A stretch of DNA of 64,000 nucleotides from the human T2T-CHM13v2.0 reference genome, Homo sapiens, in assembly GCF_009914755.1 (NCBI RefSeq), contig NC_060941.1; one strand, given 5' to 3'. Below, piece by piece: positions 15,850-33,732 of the stretch. The notes beneath the pieces were generated by a model. It saw only the letters and a program-made list of their open reading frames with translations. It had not been told where the DNA came from and did not search any database. The stretch's first letter is position 1; every line of letters begins with the position of its first letter. The translations under genes were made by a program, and so were the position numbers.

Positions 15850-17119
15850 GAAAAAGAAAAATCAAATAATTCAAATTTAAAATGGGTAAATGAGCTGAAT
15901 AGACATCTCTCAAAAGAAAATAAAAATGGCCAACAGGTATTTGAAAAAATGCTTAACATCACTAATCAGGGAAATACAAATCAAAACCACAATGAAGTAT
16001 TATCTCACCCTGGCTAGAATGGCTATTACTAAAAAGACAAAAAATAACAAATGCTGGCGAGGATGCAGACAAAGGGAAACTCTTATACCTTGTTGGTGGG
16101 ATGTAAATTAGTAGAGCCACTATTGAAAACAGTATAGAGGTCCCTCAAAACACTAAAAACAGAACTACCATATGATCTAATCTCACTCAAAGTATATATC
16201 CAAAAGAAAGGAAATAAGTATGTTAAAGAGATTTCTACATTCCCATGTTTATTGCTGCATTACTCACAATAGCTGAGATATGAGATCAGCTTAAGTGTCT
16301 ATCAACAGATGAATGGATAAAGAAAATTTGGTCTATATATACAATGGAATAGTATTTAGCCACCAAAAAGAAAAAAATCTGTCATTTGCCACAACGTAGA
16401 TGAGCTTGGAGGGCATTGTGTTAAATGAAATAAGCCAGGCACAAAAAAGATAAATATTACATGTTCTTACTCATATGTTGAAGCTAAAAAAGTTGAGCTT
16501 ATTTAAGGAGAAAGTAGAATAGTGATTACTAGAGACAGGGAAGGTTAAGGGTAGAGGGGATATCCAAAGGTTGGTTAATGGATACAAAAGTACATCTAGA
16601 TATGAGGCGTAAGTTATAGTGTTCTATAGCACTGTAGAGTGACTATAATTAACAGCAATTGGTTGTATATTTTCAAATAGCTAAAAGAGCAGATTTTGAA
16701 TGTTCCCAACACAAAGAAGTGATAAATGTTTGAGGTGATGAATATGCTCATTATGCTGATTTGAGTATTACATATTGTCTACATGTGTTGAAATAACACT
16801 CTGTACCCCATAAATATGGACAAGTATGCATCAATTAAAAATAATAAAGGCAAAAAATACAGTTGGAAGTAATAAAACATTTATTTTGAAACAAAACAAC
16901 AACAACAAAAAACATTTTGGTGATACTTTTTGTCACAAAGTTACAGAAACCATGAAAATTAAGAACCATAGTTATTTAAAAGTCTCATTGAAAAGTACAC
17001 AAGAGTTTTTTAAAGAAACTGAAAACTGGATAAGTAGCTAGCATAAAATTCCTGATGCTATTCCTTTGCTCTGGAACTCTGGAATAAAGAATCTCTAAGA
17101 AACTCTTCCATCTTTCTTT

Positions 17120-20100
17120 GATTTCCATAACCTTGACACTTTTGAAGATTATAAGTTGGTTGCAGTATGTCCTTCATTTAGATTTATCTACTGTTTCCCC
17201 ATGGTTAAATTCAGGTTATTCATCTTTGTCAGAAATATATCACAGAAGCAATGCTGTGTTCTTCTTATTGTATCTTATCAAAAGTCCTATAGTAATAACG
17301 TTGACCAGTTGATTAAGATTATATCTGTCAGGCCCCTCCACTTTAAAGCTACATTTTTCCTCTTTGTAATTAATAAGTATTTAATGGGTGTCCATTGAAA
17401 CCATATAAACCATTCTTCCTTTTTGTCAACTTTTCATTTATTCATTTATAGCAGTATGTATTCATGGTTTCCTTTTTTATTCAATGGGTTATATTCCAAT
17501 ATTATCACTATTTGTTTTGATACTCATATTGTCCCAGTTTTAGACAATGGGAGTTCTTTCACTCTGCACTCTGGCTCCTGTGTCCTCCCCTCCCCATGCC
17601 CAACCTTTATTTTTTTTTTTTTGAGACCAGGTCTCACTCTGTCGCCAGGCTGGAGTGCAGTGGCGCAACTGTAGCTCACTGCAGCCTCCAACTCCCGGAC
17701 TCAAGCGATCATCCCATCACAGACTCCTGAGCAACTGGGACTACAGGTGTGCATCATCAGGCCTGGCTAATTTTTCTAATTTTTGGTATGGATGGGGTCT
17801 CTCTGTGTTGCCCATGCTGGTCACAAACTCCTGGCCTTAAGCAATCCTCTCACCTCAGTCTCCCGAAGTGCTGGGATTACAGGCATGAGCCACCATGCCC
17901 GACCCCAGCATTTCAGTATGAAAACTGTCAAAGATGGCAAAGCTGAAAGAATTTTACAGCAAGTACCTATATACCCACAACATAAATTCTATCATTAATA
18001 TTTTACCTCACTTTTTAATCTGTCTATTCATCTCTCTGTCCCTCTATCCTTCCATCTCTCTTATTTTTGATGCATGTGGTCCATTTTAAGTAAATTATAG
18101 AAATCAATACATTTCTCCCTAAATACCTCAGCATGCATATCATTCATTAGAGTTCGATATTTGTTAACAGCTTTTTTCTTTCTTTTTGCCCGTAGGGAAA
18201 GAAGGAAGTTTTTTCCTCTTGAGACCAAATTTCCATAAAATGAGATGCAAAAATTTTAAGTGTATATTTGCTGAGTTTTGACAAATACATGCCCTATGCA
18301 TCCCATACTCCTATCAAGATACAGAACAAAGAGCACTGTGACACTCACCTGTAATCCCAGCTACTCAAGAGGCAGAGGCAGGAAGATTGCTTGAGCCCAG
18401 GAGTTCAAGATCAGCCTGGGTAACATTGCAAAAACCATCTCTTAAAAAAAATAAATAAAAGATATAGAACAAAAAAAGTCCCCACACCTCTTTCCCATTC
18501 AGTCGTCCACCCTCCAATCCCCAAAGCAACCACTTTTCTATTTTCTACCATAAATTAGTTTTATCTCTTCTGGAATTTCATAAAAATGAAATTATACAGT
18601 ATGCATCTTTTTTTACAGAGTTTAAACTCTATGTACTCTTTTTGTAAGGCTTCTTTCACTCAGCATAATTTTTACTTTTTTAAAAATTTTTTGGGGGAGA
18701 CAGAGTCTCACTCTGTTGCCCAAGCTGGAGTGTAGTGGCATGTGATCATAACTCACTGCAGCCTTGAACTCTTGGGCTCAAGCAATCCTCCCGCCTCAGC
18801 ATCCCGAGTAGCTGGGAGACTACAGGTGCACACCACCATGCCTGGCTAGTTTATAAACTTTTTGTAGAGACAAGGTCTCACCATGTTGCCCAGGCTGGCC
18901 ACTAACTCCTGGCCTCAAGTGATCCTCCCTCCTTAGCCTCCCAAAGCTCTGAATTATATTCATAAGCCACTGGGCCTGGTTGACTCAGCATAATTTTTCT
19001 TGAGAGTCTTAATATGTTGCTACATGTATCAGCAATTTGCTTCTTTTTATTGCTGAGTAGTATTCCATTGTATGAATACACCATGGTTTGTTTATCCGTT
19101 TTCCTATGTATGGACACCTGGGCTGTTTCCAGTTCTTAGCTATTATAAATAAAGCTACTCTGCACAATCTTAAGTAAATCTTCTGGTGAATATGTTTTCA
19201 TTTCTTATTAATAAATACTTAGGAGTGGAATTTCTAGGCCACAGGGTCTATATATGTTTAGCTTTATAAGAAACTGCCAATTTTCTGCATCCTTTTAACA
19301 TGCATCCCTCATTCTTTGAGCACGTCCTTGCTTTCTGGCACAAAGAGATCTTCCAGGTTGATCTTATATTTTCCCTGCTTTCACCCTGGAATTATTCATC
19401 TCCCCAAGCCAGCATCTGGGTTCTACATGTGCTCATTACTCATGAGTCTCCTCTCTCAGATTTCTCAGTGGACAGATGTAGAAACTGTGTGTGTGTGTGC
19501 GTGCATGCCTGTGTATGTAAATGTATGTACACATTTATATCTGTACATACCTTTCTGTCTACTAATATTAAAAACCATGAGTTCACACTGGTAATTCCAA
19601 GTCTAATCCAACACAACAGGGTTCATTCTAGTTTCTTCTCATTCCCTTTTGTAGTTCCCTTTTCTCTGGTTTGTGTTAACCTAAATATATTTATTTATTT
19701 GATCAATCCCCCAATGAATCCATTAGTTCTATATGGAACTAATCTCCCATCACTGTCGCTGTCCTCTCTTCCACACTGATTTCCTTCTTACTACATTTAA
19801 GTTTTAACATCTTGCACTAATCGGCCCTTCCCACATGGCTATCCTCCTTACTCTGCTTAGGTTCTGACACCCCTCAACAGATCACCCCCTCCAAGTGGAT
19901 GCCCTTTACATAGTCCTTAGGCTCTGACACTCCATGCCAAGGCACATTTTCATGTGGATTCCCTTGTCAATTCACTCAGGCTCTGACTCCTTATGCTGAG
20001 CTGACCCCCAGCCTATGTGGATGGCCCTTCCATGTAGACACCCTCCTCACCCTGTTTAGGTTCTGACTTCCCAGGCCAGGCCATCCCTCGATTTGGATGC

Positions 20101-20400
20101 CCTCCTCACCCTGCTCAAGATTAAACACCCCATGTTGGGCATCCATCTCATACGGATACCCTGTTTGTACTGCTTGGAATCTGACACCCAAGTTAAACCA
20201 CCTCTCTGTAAGGCCAGCGTCTTTACCCACATGGACTGAAGGTTGCCCTTCCACATGGATACCCTCTTCGCTCTGCTCAGGCTCTGACAACCCATGCCCA
20301 GCTAACCCTGCACAGATTTGGGCCCTGATACCCTGCTAGGTGCCACATTGGCTTCACCTGTCCAGAAACAGATGCTTACCTTGCTCTGCCCCACCTAATG
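17120..20400 (-). mobile_element. Ancient L1M (L1MC/L1MB-like) fragments interrupted by Alus, ending in a degenerate tandem array of about 59-bp units (19830-20320)
   Basis: L1M 3'-end-like motifs (tattgctgagtagtattccattgtatg; ttgtcccagttttag); repeated ccacatggatgccctcctcaccctgctcaggctctgacaccc units. Confidence 0.6.
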
Positions 20401-21647
20401 GCTTTAGGATCAAATTGTTCAAGGAGGCAAAAGAATGAAAGGGGAAAAAGAAGAAGAAATGGAAGATGAAGAATCCACAAGGCACTTTTAATCTAATTGA
20501 GGATTGTACTAGTTAAGATCCTTTTGGCTCAAGTAAGAGAGAACACAACCCAAAGTGGTTACACATAAGAGGAACTTATTGGTTCATACAATGAAAAAGT
20601 CCGGTACTAGTTTAGGACACAACTAGATTTGGGAGTCCAAACAATGACATTAGGACAGCTGTCTGGTTCTTTCTCTTTGTCTTGCTCTCTTCTGTTTTAG
20701 CTGCACTATCATAGAACCTCTACCTTTGTGGTAACCAGGTCCAGTTTCACATGCTCACAGTTTCATTCAAGTCCAATGGAAATAAAAAAGAAAGTGTCTT
20801 CTTCCTAATCATTCAATCAAAAAGTCTGGCATTAGTCTGTACTAAACCAACCACTCTGGCTAAAGGAATAGAATGTCGTGACTGGCTTAAGCCTAAGGCA
20901 CATGCTCCACCTCTAGAACTATGAGTGGAACCCCATTCAAACACATGATCAGAGATGGGAATGAAGTTGTTTCCCCAAAGCAAAATTAGAGATAAAATTA
21001 CTAAGAGAAAGGTGAGTGGGTGCTAAGGAGCAAAAAATCAATAAATGTTCAACTACAGAAATGAGAAACTCACACATGATGTGATGTCTGCGAGTGCCAG
21101 GTAGTATTTGTTAATTGTCAAATAAATGGTGTAGAATAGATGCTATCGTCTTTCAAGAGAAGGAGAAATCACAACGGAAGTCTTCTTGAGGGAGGAGGAA
21201 CTTTGAACTATACTTTAAAGGGGAAGGGTACATACCCTGTGACTTACTAATTTATAACTGTCAAAGAATCTTGCACATATGCACCAGGAGACATTTACAA
21301 AATGCTCATAACACTGTTCATATGAGTAAAATATTGAGAATAACCGAAACACCCACTGACTGTAGAATAAATCAGTAATGATATACTCACATAGTAACAC
21401 ACATTGGTGAAAATGAATGAATCATAGCTACAGTAACAACATAGAAAGATATGTTGAAAAGATAAACAACATGGAAGATATGTAGCATAGTGTTGAATAA
21501 AAAAGCATGTCCAGAAAACTACACATAGTTTGCTAACCTTTTTCTAAAGTTTATAAACATGCAAAACTGGCTGGGCACAGTGGCTACACCTGTAATCCCA
21601 GCACTTTGGGACGCTGAGGTGGGCAGATCATCTGAGGTCAGGAGTTA

Positions 21648-21827
<180 letters not shown>

Positions 21828-22734
21828 CTACAGAGCTAGACTCAGTCTCAAAAAGATAAATAAATAAATAAAAAATGCAAAACGAAACCACGTGTTGTTT
21901 AGAAGTGTGTGTGCATATGCGTGTGTGCATGTGTGTGTGTGTATGTGTAGAACACATATATTGCTATGTAACTATAATAACATTGGGAAAATTACAAGAA
22001 AGGTAAAGATAAAGCCAAATTCAGGATATCAGTGGGAAGTGTGGGGAGGCAGGGAATGGAATAGGGCAGATCATAGAAGAATATATGTTACTGGTAATGT
22101 TCAGGTTTGGTAGTAGGTTCATGATTATACAATTACAAAAATAGAGAAGACATGTGAATACAGAAGTGTGCAAGACATGGACAGGGACCATGAGTAGAAT
22201 GGAGATACTGCAGTAGATAATTCCTATATGGCCTTACGGGCAGATGTGATTAGAAATAGACTGGATCCAAATATGGTAGGACTTTGAACCAGGGAATTGC
22301 ATAATGCAAGTTGTGTTTTAATTTAATTTTACAAACACGTATTGAGCATTTACTATTGTTAAGTCAATTACAAAGTGATAAACGCTGGCTCTGGGGTTAT
22401 GAAAGTATGAAAGGAGAGGAGTGGCCACACTGCCAAAGAGTAACAGGATAGAATTAAGTGGTTTATTGGATATGGAAGGCAAAAGGTAGGGAAGGAGTCA
22501 AAGCAAACCTTGAGGTTTCACCAGGCTAGGTGGTAAAATTAAAACAAAACAAAAACAGAAGCTGACACAGGAGTCATATTGAGTTCAACATAGAAATTCA
22601 TTGTAACATATTCCACTGGGCTCAGAGATGCCTTTGGTATACTTGGTTTTCCAGGAGAGCAGTTGCCCAGGGCTTCAGTTCATCGTAAGAGGAGAATGAA
22701 AATCCCCCCCACCAATGAGTGAACTTTTGGTTAG

Positions 22735-23097
<363 letters not shown>

Positions 23098-24619
23098 TAG
23101 GCGATGTTCAATGTTTGCAAAAGAGGAGCATCTTGAATTCTCTTGAAAAATCACTGGGTGCTGCTGTAGATATTTTATTCATTCCAGTCCATTACAAATG
23201 GCCCAAAGCCTAGGAGAGATACAACTGGAGTGACTGCTGGTTGACAAGATAGAAGCAGAGGAGAAAGGTAGAAAAGACAGATGTAGAAAAGATGTCTTGG
23301 GATTTCTAATTTCATTTCTGCTAAGAGTCAAATAAGCCTAGAATGGACAATAGACAGATTATGAACAATATCAGTAAGGAGATGTACAAGCAGTTCAAGC
23401 TACATTTCCCTTGCATGGTATTTTGGGAGTCAGTTTTAAAAGGAACTATTTAAATCATAAACTCATTATCGAGTCTGACACCACACAATATTTCACAGCA
23501 TTGCCTAGAAGCAAGCTGAGACTACTGCAGAATCCTGTCACTTAGAATGCATGGCCCTGAGGGGCTACTGCCTACAGCCTTGCCACCTCCTCAGAGACTC
23601 CCAGGTTGCTGCTATTCACAGGCAGAAACAGCACAGCTGCCTTCTACATGTATCATAGATTCCACTAATCCAGGGAACCTATGCCAGTCATCTCAGCTAA
23701 ATAGCGATACTTGCTCAATTGAATCATCTCCTGAATGGCCGAATTTTCCAGTGTAGTTGGAAATGGGGCACCGGGACCAAAAGACCACTCAAGAAGAAGA
23801 GGCATTGTTCTAACTTGCTTCAGAGGTCTGTGGTATCCTAAGAGAAATCTCGCTACATATTTGTTAATGACTCCATAGATCTTGTATGTGGAAAGAAGGA
23901 ATAAAGGCAAAAGAAAAGGGCATGGAAAGCAAACCCAAATATATAGAAAGAGGAGAAAAATATCAAGGAAAGTGTCTCACATGTCCCCAATTTATGGATA
24001 TGTTTAATGTATATATTGACACATAATATTGTTAATAACATAATAATAATATTTAAGGTACAGAGAATTTATAGTTGCAGAAATAGTAGTTGCAGAAAGT
24101 CTGCAATCTTGGGCCACAAAAAAATCCTTCCTGAAATTACATAGATCAAATATACAAAGTGTGTTAAGAGTTCCTCGAGAGCATTTTTTTTCACTTTCAC
24201 ATCACAGTCGACGGTCAAGAAATATGAGTGAAGTGAAGGCAACTTCTTGGCCCAGCTCTCTCTCTCTCAAATCAACACTTTCAATAGAAACACAGACAGT
24301 TGACCATAGGTCAAAGGAATCCAAGTTTTAAACCTCTAAATTTGAGTAGACTTGAGAGTTTTTTGGTTTTGTTTTTCTTTTCTGGTAAACCAGTCCAGTT
24401 GGCATAGAAGAAACCCGTTATACCCACTGAAACTCAGACTTACAGGATAGCTATGCTGTCAACCTTTTCCCCACTGCCCATGAATAGTAATATATGCATT
24501 CTTTATTCAGGAAAATGAAACTACTGGGGCAAGATGCATGAATTAACTAGTAAGGGGGACATGATTAGGGGAGTTCTTTGGCTGTTGGCAAACACATGGT
24601 CGGAAACGTTTTGCTGTAG

Positions 24620-24790
<171 letters not shown>

Positions 24791-25231
24791 TAAGAACTTC
24801 TTGAAGAGATTGGTTTTACCCTCCTAAAAAAATAATTCCCTTTCTGAGTAAACTGGCATCAAGATCCCAGCTAGCTGCTCAAAAGAGAGGTGCCTCAAGT
24901 CACCAGTGCTTCTGGAGTAGAAGCTGATGGCTTCCAGTCCTGGATGATTTCACTTATTTCTAGAGCTCGCTCTTTGGTAATGATTCGCCACATGGGGACT
25001 CTGCGTCACAATATCATCTCAATTATTTCTGCCTGCTCCATAAGTTATGTCTCTGGAGTTCTGTTTATATTTGTTTTCTATGTCCACATCCAAGCTTGTT
25101 TTTTTTTGTTTGTTTGTTTGTTTTGTTTTTGTTTTAGTCTTTCTCAAGTCAGACCTCCAAACTGGTCATCTTATCTGAGTCCACTGCTCGGTCATATAAT
25201 GCCACAGATTGTGAATAGAGAATCGCTCTAG

Positions 25232-25558
<327 letters not shown>

Positions 25559-27366
25559 TAGGATGGCCTCTCTTTCTAATACTTTTTAAAGAGTGAAATC
25601 TGAAATCCGATGAGAGTAAAGCTGTGTATACAGATAACATCATCATACTTGCTCCTGTTCCCTGAATGTATGTTTCAGTCTTTTGAGAAGTTCCCCATTA
25701 CTTATGGAAGGACTTTCAGCCTCAGTTACATATCCATGCCTCAGCTTCATGTGTCCCATAGCATTAATCACAGGAATAGAATTTTATGCTACAGAACAGA
25801 AATCCAACCATTGACCATTAAGACCCACAAAGCGGGAATGAACTTTTAGAAGGGACGTATTTGTGTTTTACTAACAGTGGTATCTATCTAGAAATCTTTT
25901 GTACTTTCTACAAATGGTACTAATTCTGATATGCATCCCCATAGGTCTTGATTTCAGTGTTATAATTTTTGAGGATGAAAAATAAAGAAAAAGGCCTAAA
26001 TGTTTCTTGGGTATTCATGTTTTTAAATTAGATCACAAAATGATAGGCACTTTTAAGATCATGAAATAGCTAGACCATTTCTACAAGCATTTTTATTTAA
26101 TTTATGGATAGAACTTGCAATAAAGGAAGATCAAAAGCCTTTATGGAGACAATGAACTGTGGAGTCTAGCAGCAAGTTAGGAACTTGAACTTGCTATGCC
26201 CTTATCATTTGTTGCCCTGTAAGCCTTTGGCTCTTTATGTTTATTTACCATTATTTTTCACTTTCTCTTCCCATTTATTGGGTGGATAGTTGAGGAAAGT
26301 GGTAGTACCTCTTTCTCTGGACACATTTTCAATAATAAAATTCATTCTCATCTGACACAAGAATTATGTGAAGATATTAAAATGGAGGAGTATGGAGTTA
26401 TCAGTAGGTGAAGTATATATAGTCTTGCTAGAGAGCTTTTCAAAATGAATTATACATTGGCACTCTAGCCCTTAGAGGTAAAGGCTTCTGGGTTACCCTT
26501 AGATGCCTTGAGTCCTAATATAAAAGGCATATAATTTTGAAGAGTTTGTGATTCCTAGAGTTTCCTGACAACAGGCCCACATATGGGTTCTAAAGATTTC
26601 CCATCCCTTCTCTGTGGAACAGGGTCTCCTTATGCCTGTAAGAGGACTACGTAATCTAGCACACTGTGGGTCTTGGAACCAAACATGTCCTATACTGTCG
26701 ATCTGATGATAGTGGCCATGTCTGCACAGATGCAGGCATTAACATTGGCATCCGATCAAGGCAGCTCCTACCCACCTGCCTAAGATTGGCATCCGTTCTT
26801 GGCTTTTTAACATTTTTTTCTCATTTCAAAGTTTATCTTGTTCCTTTGATGCTATTCTCTAATAGCACATACCACAAATTTCACTGGATGACTATCAAAA
26901 GCATAAAAAGGTATGTGGGTCTCTCTCTTTATACCTCTTTTTTTTTTTTTTTTTTTTTTTGTGAGACTTGCTCTGTTGCCCAGATTGGAGTGCAGTGTTG
27001 CGATCTCAGCTCACTGCAACCTCCACCTCCTGAGTTCAAGCAATTGTCCTGCCTCAGCCTCCTGAGTAGCTGGGATTACAGGTGTGCACCACCATGCCCA
27101 GCTAATATTTGTATTTTTAGTAGAGACAGGGTTTCACCATGTTGGCCAGGCTGGTCTCAGACTCCTGACCTCAAGTGATCCGCCCTGCCTTGGCCTCCCA
27201 AAGTGCTGGGATTACAGGCATGAGCCATGGCACCTGGCCTATAACTTTGATTTCTTGATGATCCTTTTTTTTAATAGTAGAATCTGGAACACTGCCCTTT
27301 GAGGACTGCTGAATAATTTGTAGGAAGTAGATTATCATGAAGTAATTAAATTACTGGTAAAGGTAA

Positions 27367-27606
<240 letters not shown>

Positions 27607-27937
27607 TAGTGGTAGATCTCTCCAAGGTAGCCGAGTGTCTAGATGTTATTTCTCGCTAATATTTGAAAACCATATTAATTAGCTATTAGTCTAAAGGAAG
27701 ACAGATTTCCCAATACAAGACCCTTGGTTGTGAGTGACAGGAATCCATCTCAAATTGCCTTAGGCAAAAGGGAGAATTAACTGACTCACGTGACCAAAAT
27801 GAAGACGGGGCAGGAGTCAAGCTATCTTTCAGGATGGCCAGATCCAGGGACTTAAAGCCATCAGGGCTCTCTTGTGTTCATCTCTCCACTTCTCATGTTT
27901 GTTTCCCTCTGTACATTGGTTTTGTTCTTCCAGCTAA

Positions 27938-28180
<243 letters not shown>

Positions 28181-29239
28181 TAGTAGAGGCGGGGTTTCTC
28201 CATATTGGTCAGGCTAGTCTTGAACTCCCGACCTCAGATGATCCAGCCACCTCAGCCTCCCAAAATGCTAGAATTACAGGCGTGAGCCACAGTGCCCGGC
28301 CAGAAAACTCTTTTTGACTTATCCTGAGATACATACCCCTGGCCAGAGTGTGGAGTTCACAGTAATGGGCAACACTCACCAGAATCATATGGGTGGAGTG
28401 GGAAGGGACTAGGAGCTGCTGTTTTGGAAGGACTCAGTTATATGACACCGATTTTTTTAAGCCCTCCTATCCATAATGTCATGAATTCTTGCTGACTGTT
28501 TGCTTTGCTTCTTTATACTTTGTGTTAGGATTTTGCATATGATGAGAGTGGGTGGAAAGGTTTTTCCTTTCAGAAAGGCTGAATGACTCTGGGAGGTGCT
28601 TGGTTGGGTGGTAGTGTCACCTGGTTGTCTCCCAGTCCCTTGGCTGGCCCACACAGGCATGTCCACACTTCCCTCCGGGCTGCTTCTTTCCTTTTTCCCA
28701 CCAGGTCCCTACTTCCCTCCCTCAGTAGCTAGGTCAATCTGATGAGGCCTTGGTCAATGAGGGCAGAATCATGGAGCTCTCTTGTGGGGTGGCCAGGCCA
28801 TGGGAGCCTCCAAGGGCACTTAGGCCTGGGGCAGAGCACCCTGTTTGAAGGGCCCCAGCTACAATGGCCCTTCAAAGCACATGGGGCCCCAGGGAAGATT
28901 CAGAAGAACATCGTCAGGGCCTTAAGAGAAACAACACATAGGGCACCATGGAAAAGCCAAAATAGCCCAAAGCAGCAGCAAGAAGCATGACTTCAGCGGC
29001 TGTAAGTTCAGAACCAAGAGTCCACAGACAAAGCCACCAGGGTCACACCCCATCTGACCTGGACCATCTCATAGTGGTGAAGAAGATCCTGCCAAAAGTC
29101 GGGGGAGAGAAGGACCACCCAGCAGTCGGGTTGTGAGTGAGATCATGGTGGGGCAGAGACCAGAACAGCCTGTCTAAGCTCTTTTCAAGCACTCAACGAT
29201 CATAACTTCCTAAGCCTCCCTCTTCCCCTTCTGCAGCCC

Positions 29240-29697
29240 CTCCAGATTCACATTTCTCTCTCTTCTCCAGGCTGCTCTGTGTCTCAAAGATAAACCAGTA
29301 TCCATGGGCTCTTTGGCCCTTTGGCTTCTGCTTGCATTTGTCCAATGACAGCTGCCAACAGGACACTGGAGGGCAGAAGTAGAGTGCAACTGGGGCATTG
29401 ATGCTTCTGTTTCCCTCTCTGTCAGGTTGCTGTGGGTTAGCTGTGTTTCTCTCCTAAAGGCCACTTCACCTTTCATCAGGCAGTCCTCTCCACACAGCTG
29501 TCCTTTGTCGGTTCTGGTCATTGCTTCCCCCGTCCCCGCCCCCTCTCCCCGCCTCTTCAGGCTAAGAGTGGTAACAGCTCTTCCTTATTACCAGGTTGGA
29601 ATTCTAAACACTGCCTTCATAAATAGTCCCTTTATTAAACGCCCCTTAAATTACCCAGCTGTGGCAATCTGCTTCCTTGTGATACCCTGACTGATAC
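29240..29697. mobile_element. Solo LTR (LTR33/ERVL-like)
   Basis: ends ...cctttattaaac...atctgcttccttgtgataccctgactgatac, typical of ERVL LTR termini. Confidence 0.5.
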
Positions 29698-30906
29698 GAA
29701 TTATAAAGTAAATCCTGTGATACTCCCCCTCACCTCAAGCCCATGTTCCTGTAAGGTACAGAGTCATAGAGGAAAAAAATTACTGCTCTGTTAACAGTAA
29801 CCATAGATGAGTAAAAACAGATTCAAATTCTCTTAGGTATGAAATTCAGGGTATTTTAGCTTATCACCCCAAAGCACCTCTGTCTATTTCTTTGGAGTAC
29901 CGAACTTATTAAATAGGTAACTGCATCAGGCACAATAATGCCTTCCCATAAGATGTCCATGTCCAAATTCCTGGAATCTGTGAGTATGTCAGTTTACATG
30001 GCTCACGCCTGTAATCCCAGCACTTTGGGAGGCTGAGGCGGGCAGATCACGAGGTCAGGAGATCGAGACCATCCTGGCTAACATGGTGAAACCCCGTCTC
30101 TACTAAAAATACAAAAAAATTAGCCGGGCGCGGTGGCGGGCGCCTGTCCCAGCTTCTTGGGAGGCTGAGGCAGGAGAATGGCGTGAACCCGGAAGAGGCA
30201 GAGCTTGCACTGAGCCAAGATCACGCCACTGCATTGCAGCCTGGGCGACACAGCGAGACTCCGTCTCAAAAAAAAGAAAAAAAAGAAAAGAAAAGAAATA
30301 AATTTGGAAAGAAGCTAGAAGTCCAATCGTCAATGTGCGATAATCTTAACAGTTTTCCAAGGATAACGTTGACAACATTTCCCTTCTAAAGAGTTTGGAA
30401 GAACCCTTGATGTCATGGAGTATAGAGGCAAGAGGAAATTTCACATTACAAAACAGCTGTTCCTCTTCCAAGCACCATTCAACATGCAGCCCCTATGGAT
30501 CCTCTTATCATATTTTTAATTTGTTCCAATAATTAGTTATCTTTATTTTTATTTTTTTAGAGACAAGGTCTCACTCTGTTGCCCAGGCTGAAGTGCAGTG
30601 ACATGATCAGAGCTCACAGTAACCTTGAACTCCGAGACTCAAGCGATCCTCCTGCCCCAACCTCCGGGGTAGCTAAGACTACAGGCATGCCCCAAGAATT
30701 TTTTTTTTAAAGGAATGATTCATAAAAACCCCTCTTTACATCTCTTAATTGAATTTGTGTTTCCTACAGTTACTGTATTTACAGAATATGTTAATATACG
30801 TTCTTATAAACTAGTTTCTACGAAAAAATATTGATCAAGACTCATTAAAATATTTTCACAACCCACATGTAAGTTGTGGGTTGACCTACAGTTTGAAAAC
30901 TTCTTA

Positions 30907-31149
<243 letters not shown>

Positions 31150-31275
31150 TTAGCCGGGGCCGGGTGTGGTGGCTCACGCCTGTAATCTCAGCACTTTGGG
31201 AGGCCAAGGCAGGTGGATCACATGAGGTGAGGAGTTCAAGACCAGCCTGGTCAACATGGTGAAACTCTGTCTCTA

Positions 31276-31506
<231 letters not shown>

Positions 31507-31576
31507 TCATCTAAGCTTTCCTATTTTTTTTCTATTTATCTGTCCCCAAAAGCTTTAATGAGAATATGAGGTCTAA

Positions 31577-32584
<1,008 letters not shown>

Positions 32585-33480
32585 CACACTGAATTTTATT
32601 CTGATTGGCTTTTAAAGAAAAATTTCTGCAGAATGTTGTCTGCCTGGGACATATTTACTCTTTTTTTCCCAAATCCTTTTTTCTTGAGAGATGAGTTCTC
32701 ACTGTGTCACCCAGGTGGGAGTGCAGTGCTATGATCTTAGCTCATGGCAGTCTCAAACTCCTGGACTCAAGCTAACCTCCTGCCTCTGCTTCCCAAATAG
32801 CTGGGACTACACGTATTTGCTAAGCCCAGCTCATTTAATTTTTTTTTTTAAGAGACAGGGTCTCTTTATGGTGCCCAGCCTTCCCAAGTCCTTTTTAAAA
32901 CAGATTTCATTGGCATTTTATTTTAAAATTGCATGTTTTAAAGCATGAAAGTGTTTTATTTTCCATGAATTTCCTTGTAAATATGGAATTCAACAAAAGC
33001 CCACCATGATTATGAATAATACATTCACATCACTCATCAGAGCTCATGTGTGAATATTAGCAAGACTGTGAATGTCTTTTTTATTTAAAGAAGACATGCA
33101 GAGTTGGAGAGAAGGCAAAGCATGTTGTATTTAATAAGTACTCGGTTCTAAATTACTTAGAATGACTCTCACTTGTCAAATGCAAGGAATACTACTAAAA
33201 TGTGTACAAATGTAAACAGATCTTAACTGAGAACACACCTATTGCAAAAGGGAATGACTGCTTCTTAGGGGGTCACTGTCGTTGAGTAGGCGGTAACTCA
33301 GTAATCCCAGACCAGTAGGCTAACTCAACATTTAATTACATATGTCAATTAAATTTTAGTTTGGCCTCATGCCAGAATGTTGGTTCAATCTCAAGCTCTT
33401 TTCCACATAGTTATTCCTTGTGCTGGTCAAAAGTTTTACAGAAGTCCTTGTAATACCCAGACTCATAGCCCTGGATTCTT

Positions 33481-33732
33481 TTTTTTTATGTATTTTTTAA
33501 ATTATACTTTAAGTTCTAGGGTACATGTGCATAACGTGCAGGTTTGTTACATATGTATACATGTGCCATGTTGGTGTGCTGCGCCCGTTAACTTGTCATT
33601 TACATTAGGTATATCTACTAATGCTATCCCTCCCCCTTCCCTCCACCCCACGACAGGCCCCGGTGTGTGATGTTCCCCACCCTGTGTCCAAGTGTTCTCA
33701 TTGTTCAATTCCCACCTATGAGTGGGAACATG
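33481..33732 (-). mobile_element. Short L1PA 3'UTR insertion
   Basis: L1PA 3' end on the minus strand; perfect 17-bp TSD catagccctggattctt at 33464-33480 and 33733-33749. Confidence 0.92.

Noticed and set aside
19830-20320. Repeat-spacer pattern suggestive of a CRISPR array (also 51595-51671)
   Set aside because: Human DNA, highly degenerate or only two repeats, no cas genes; explained by an L1M internal repeat and a local duplication.
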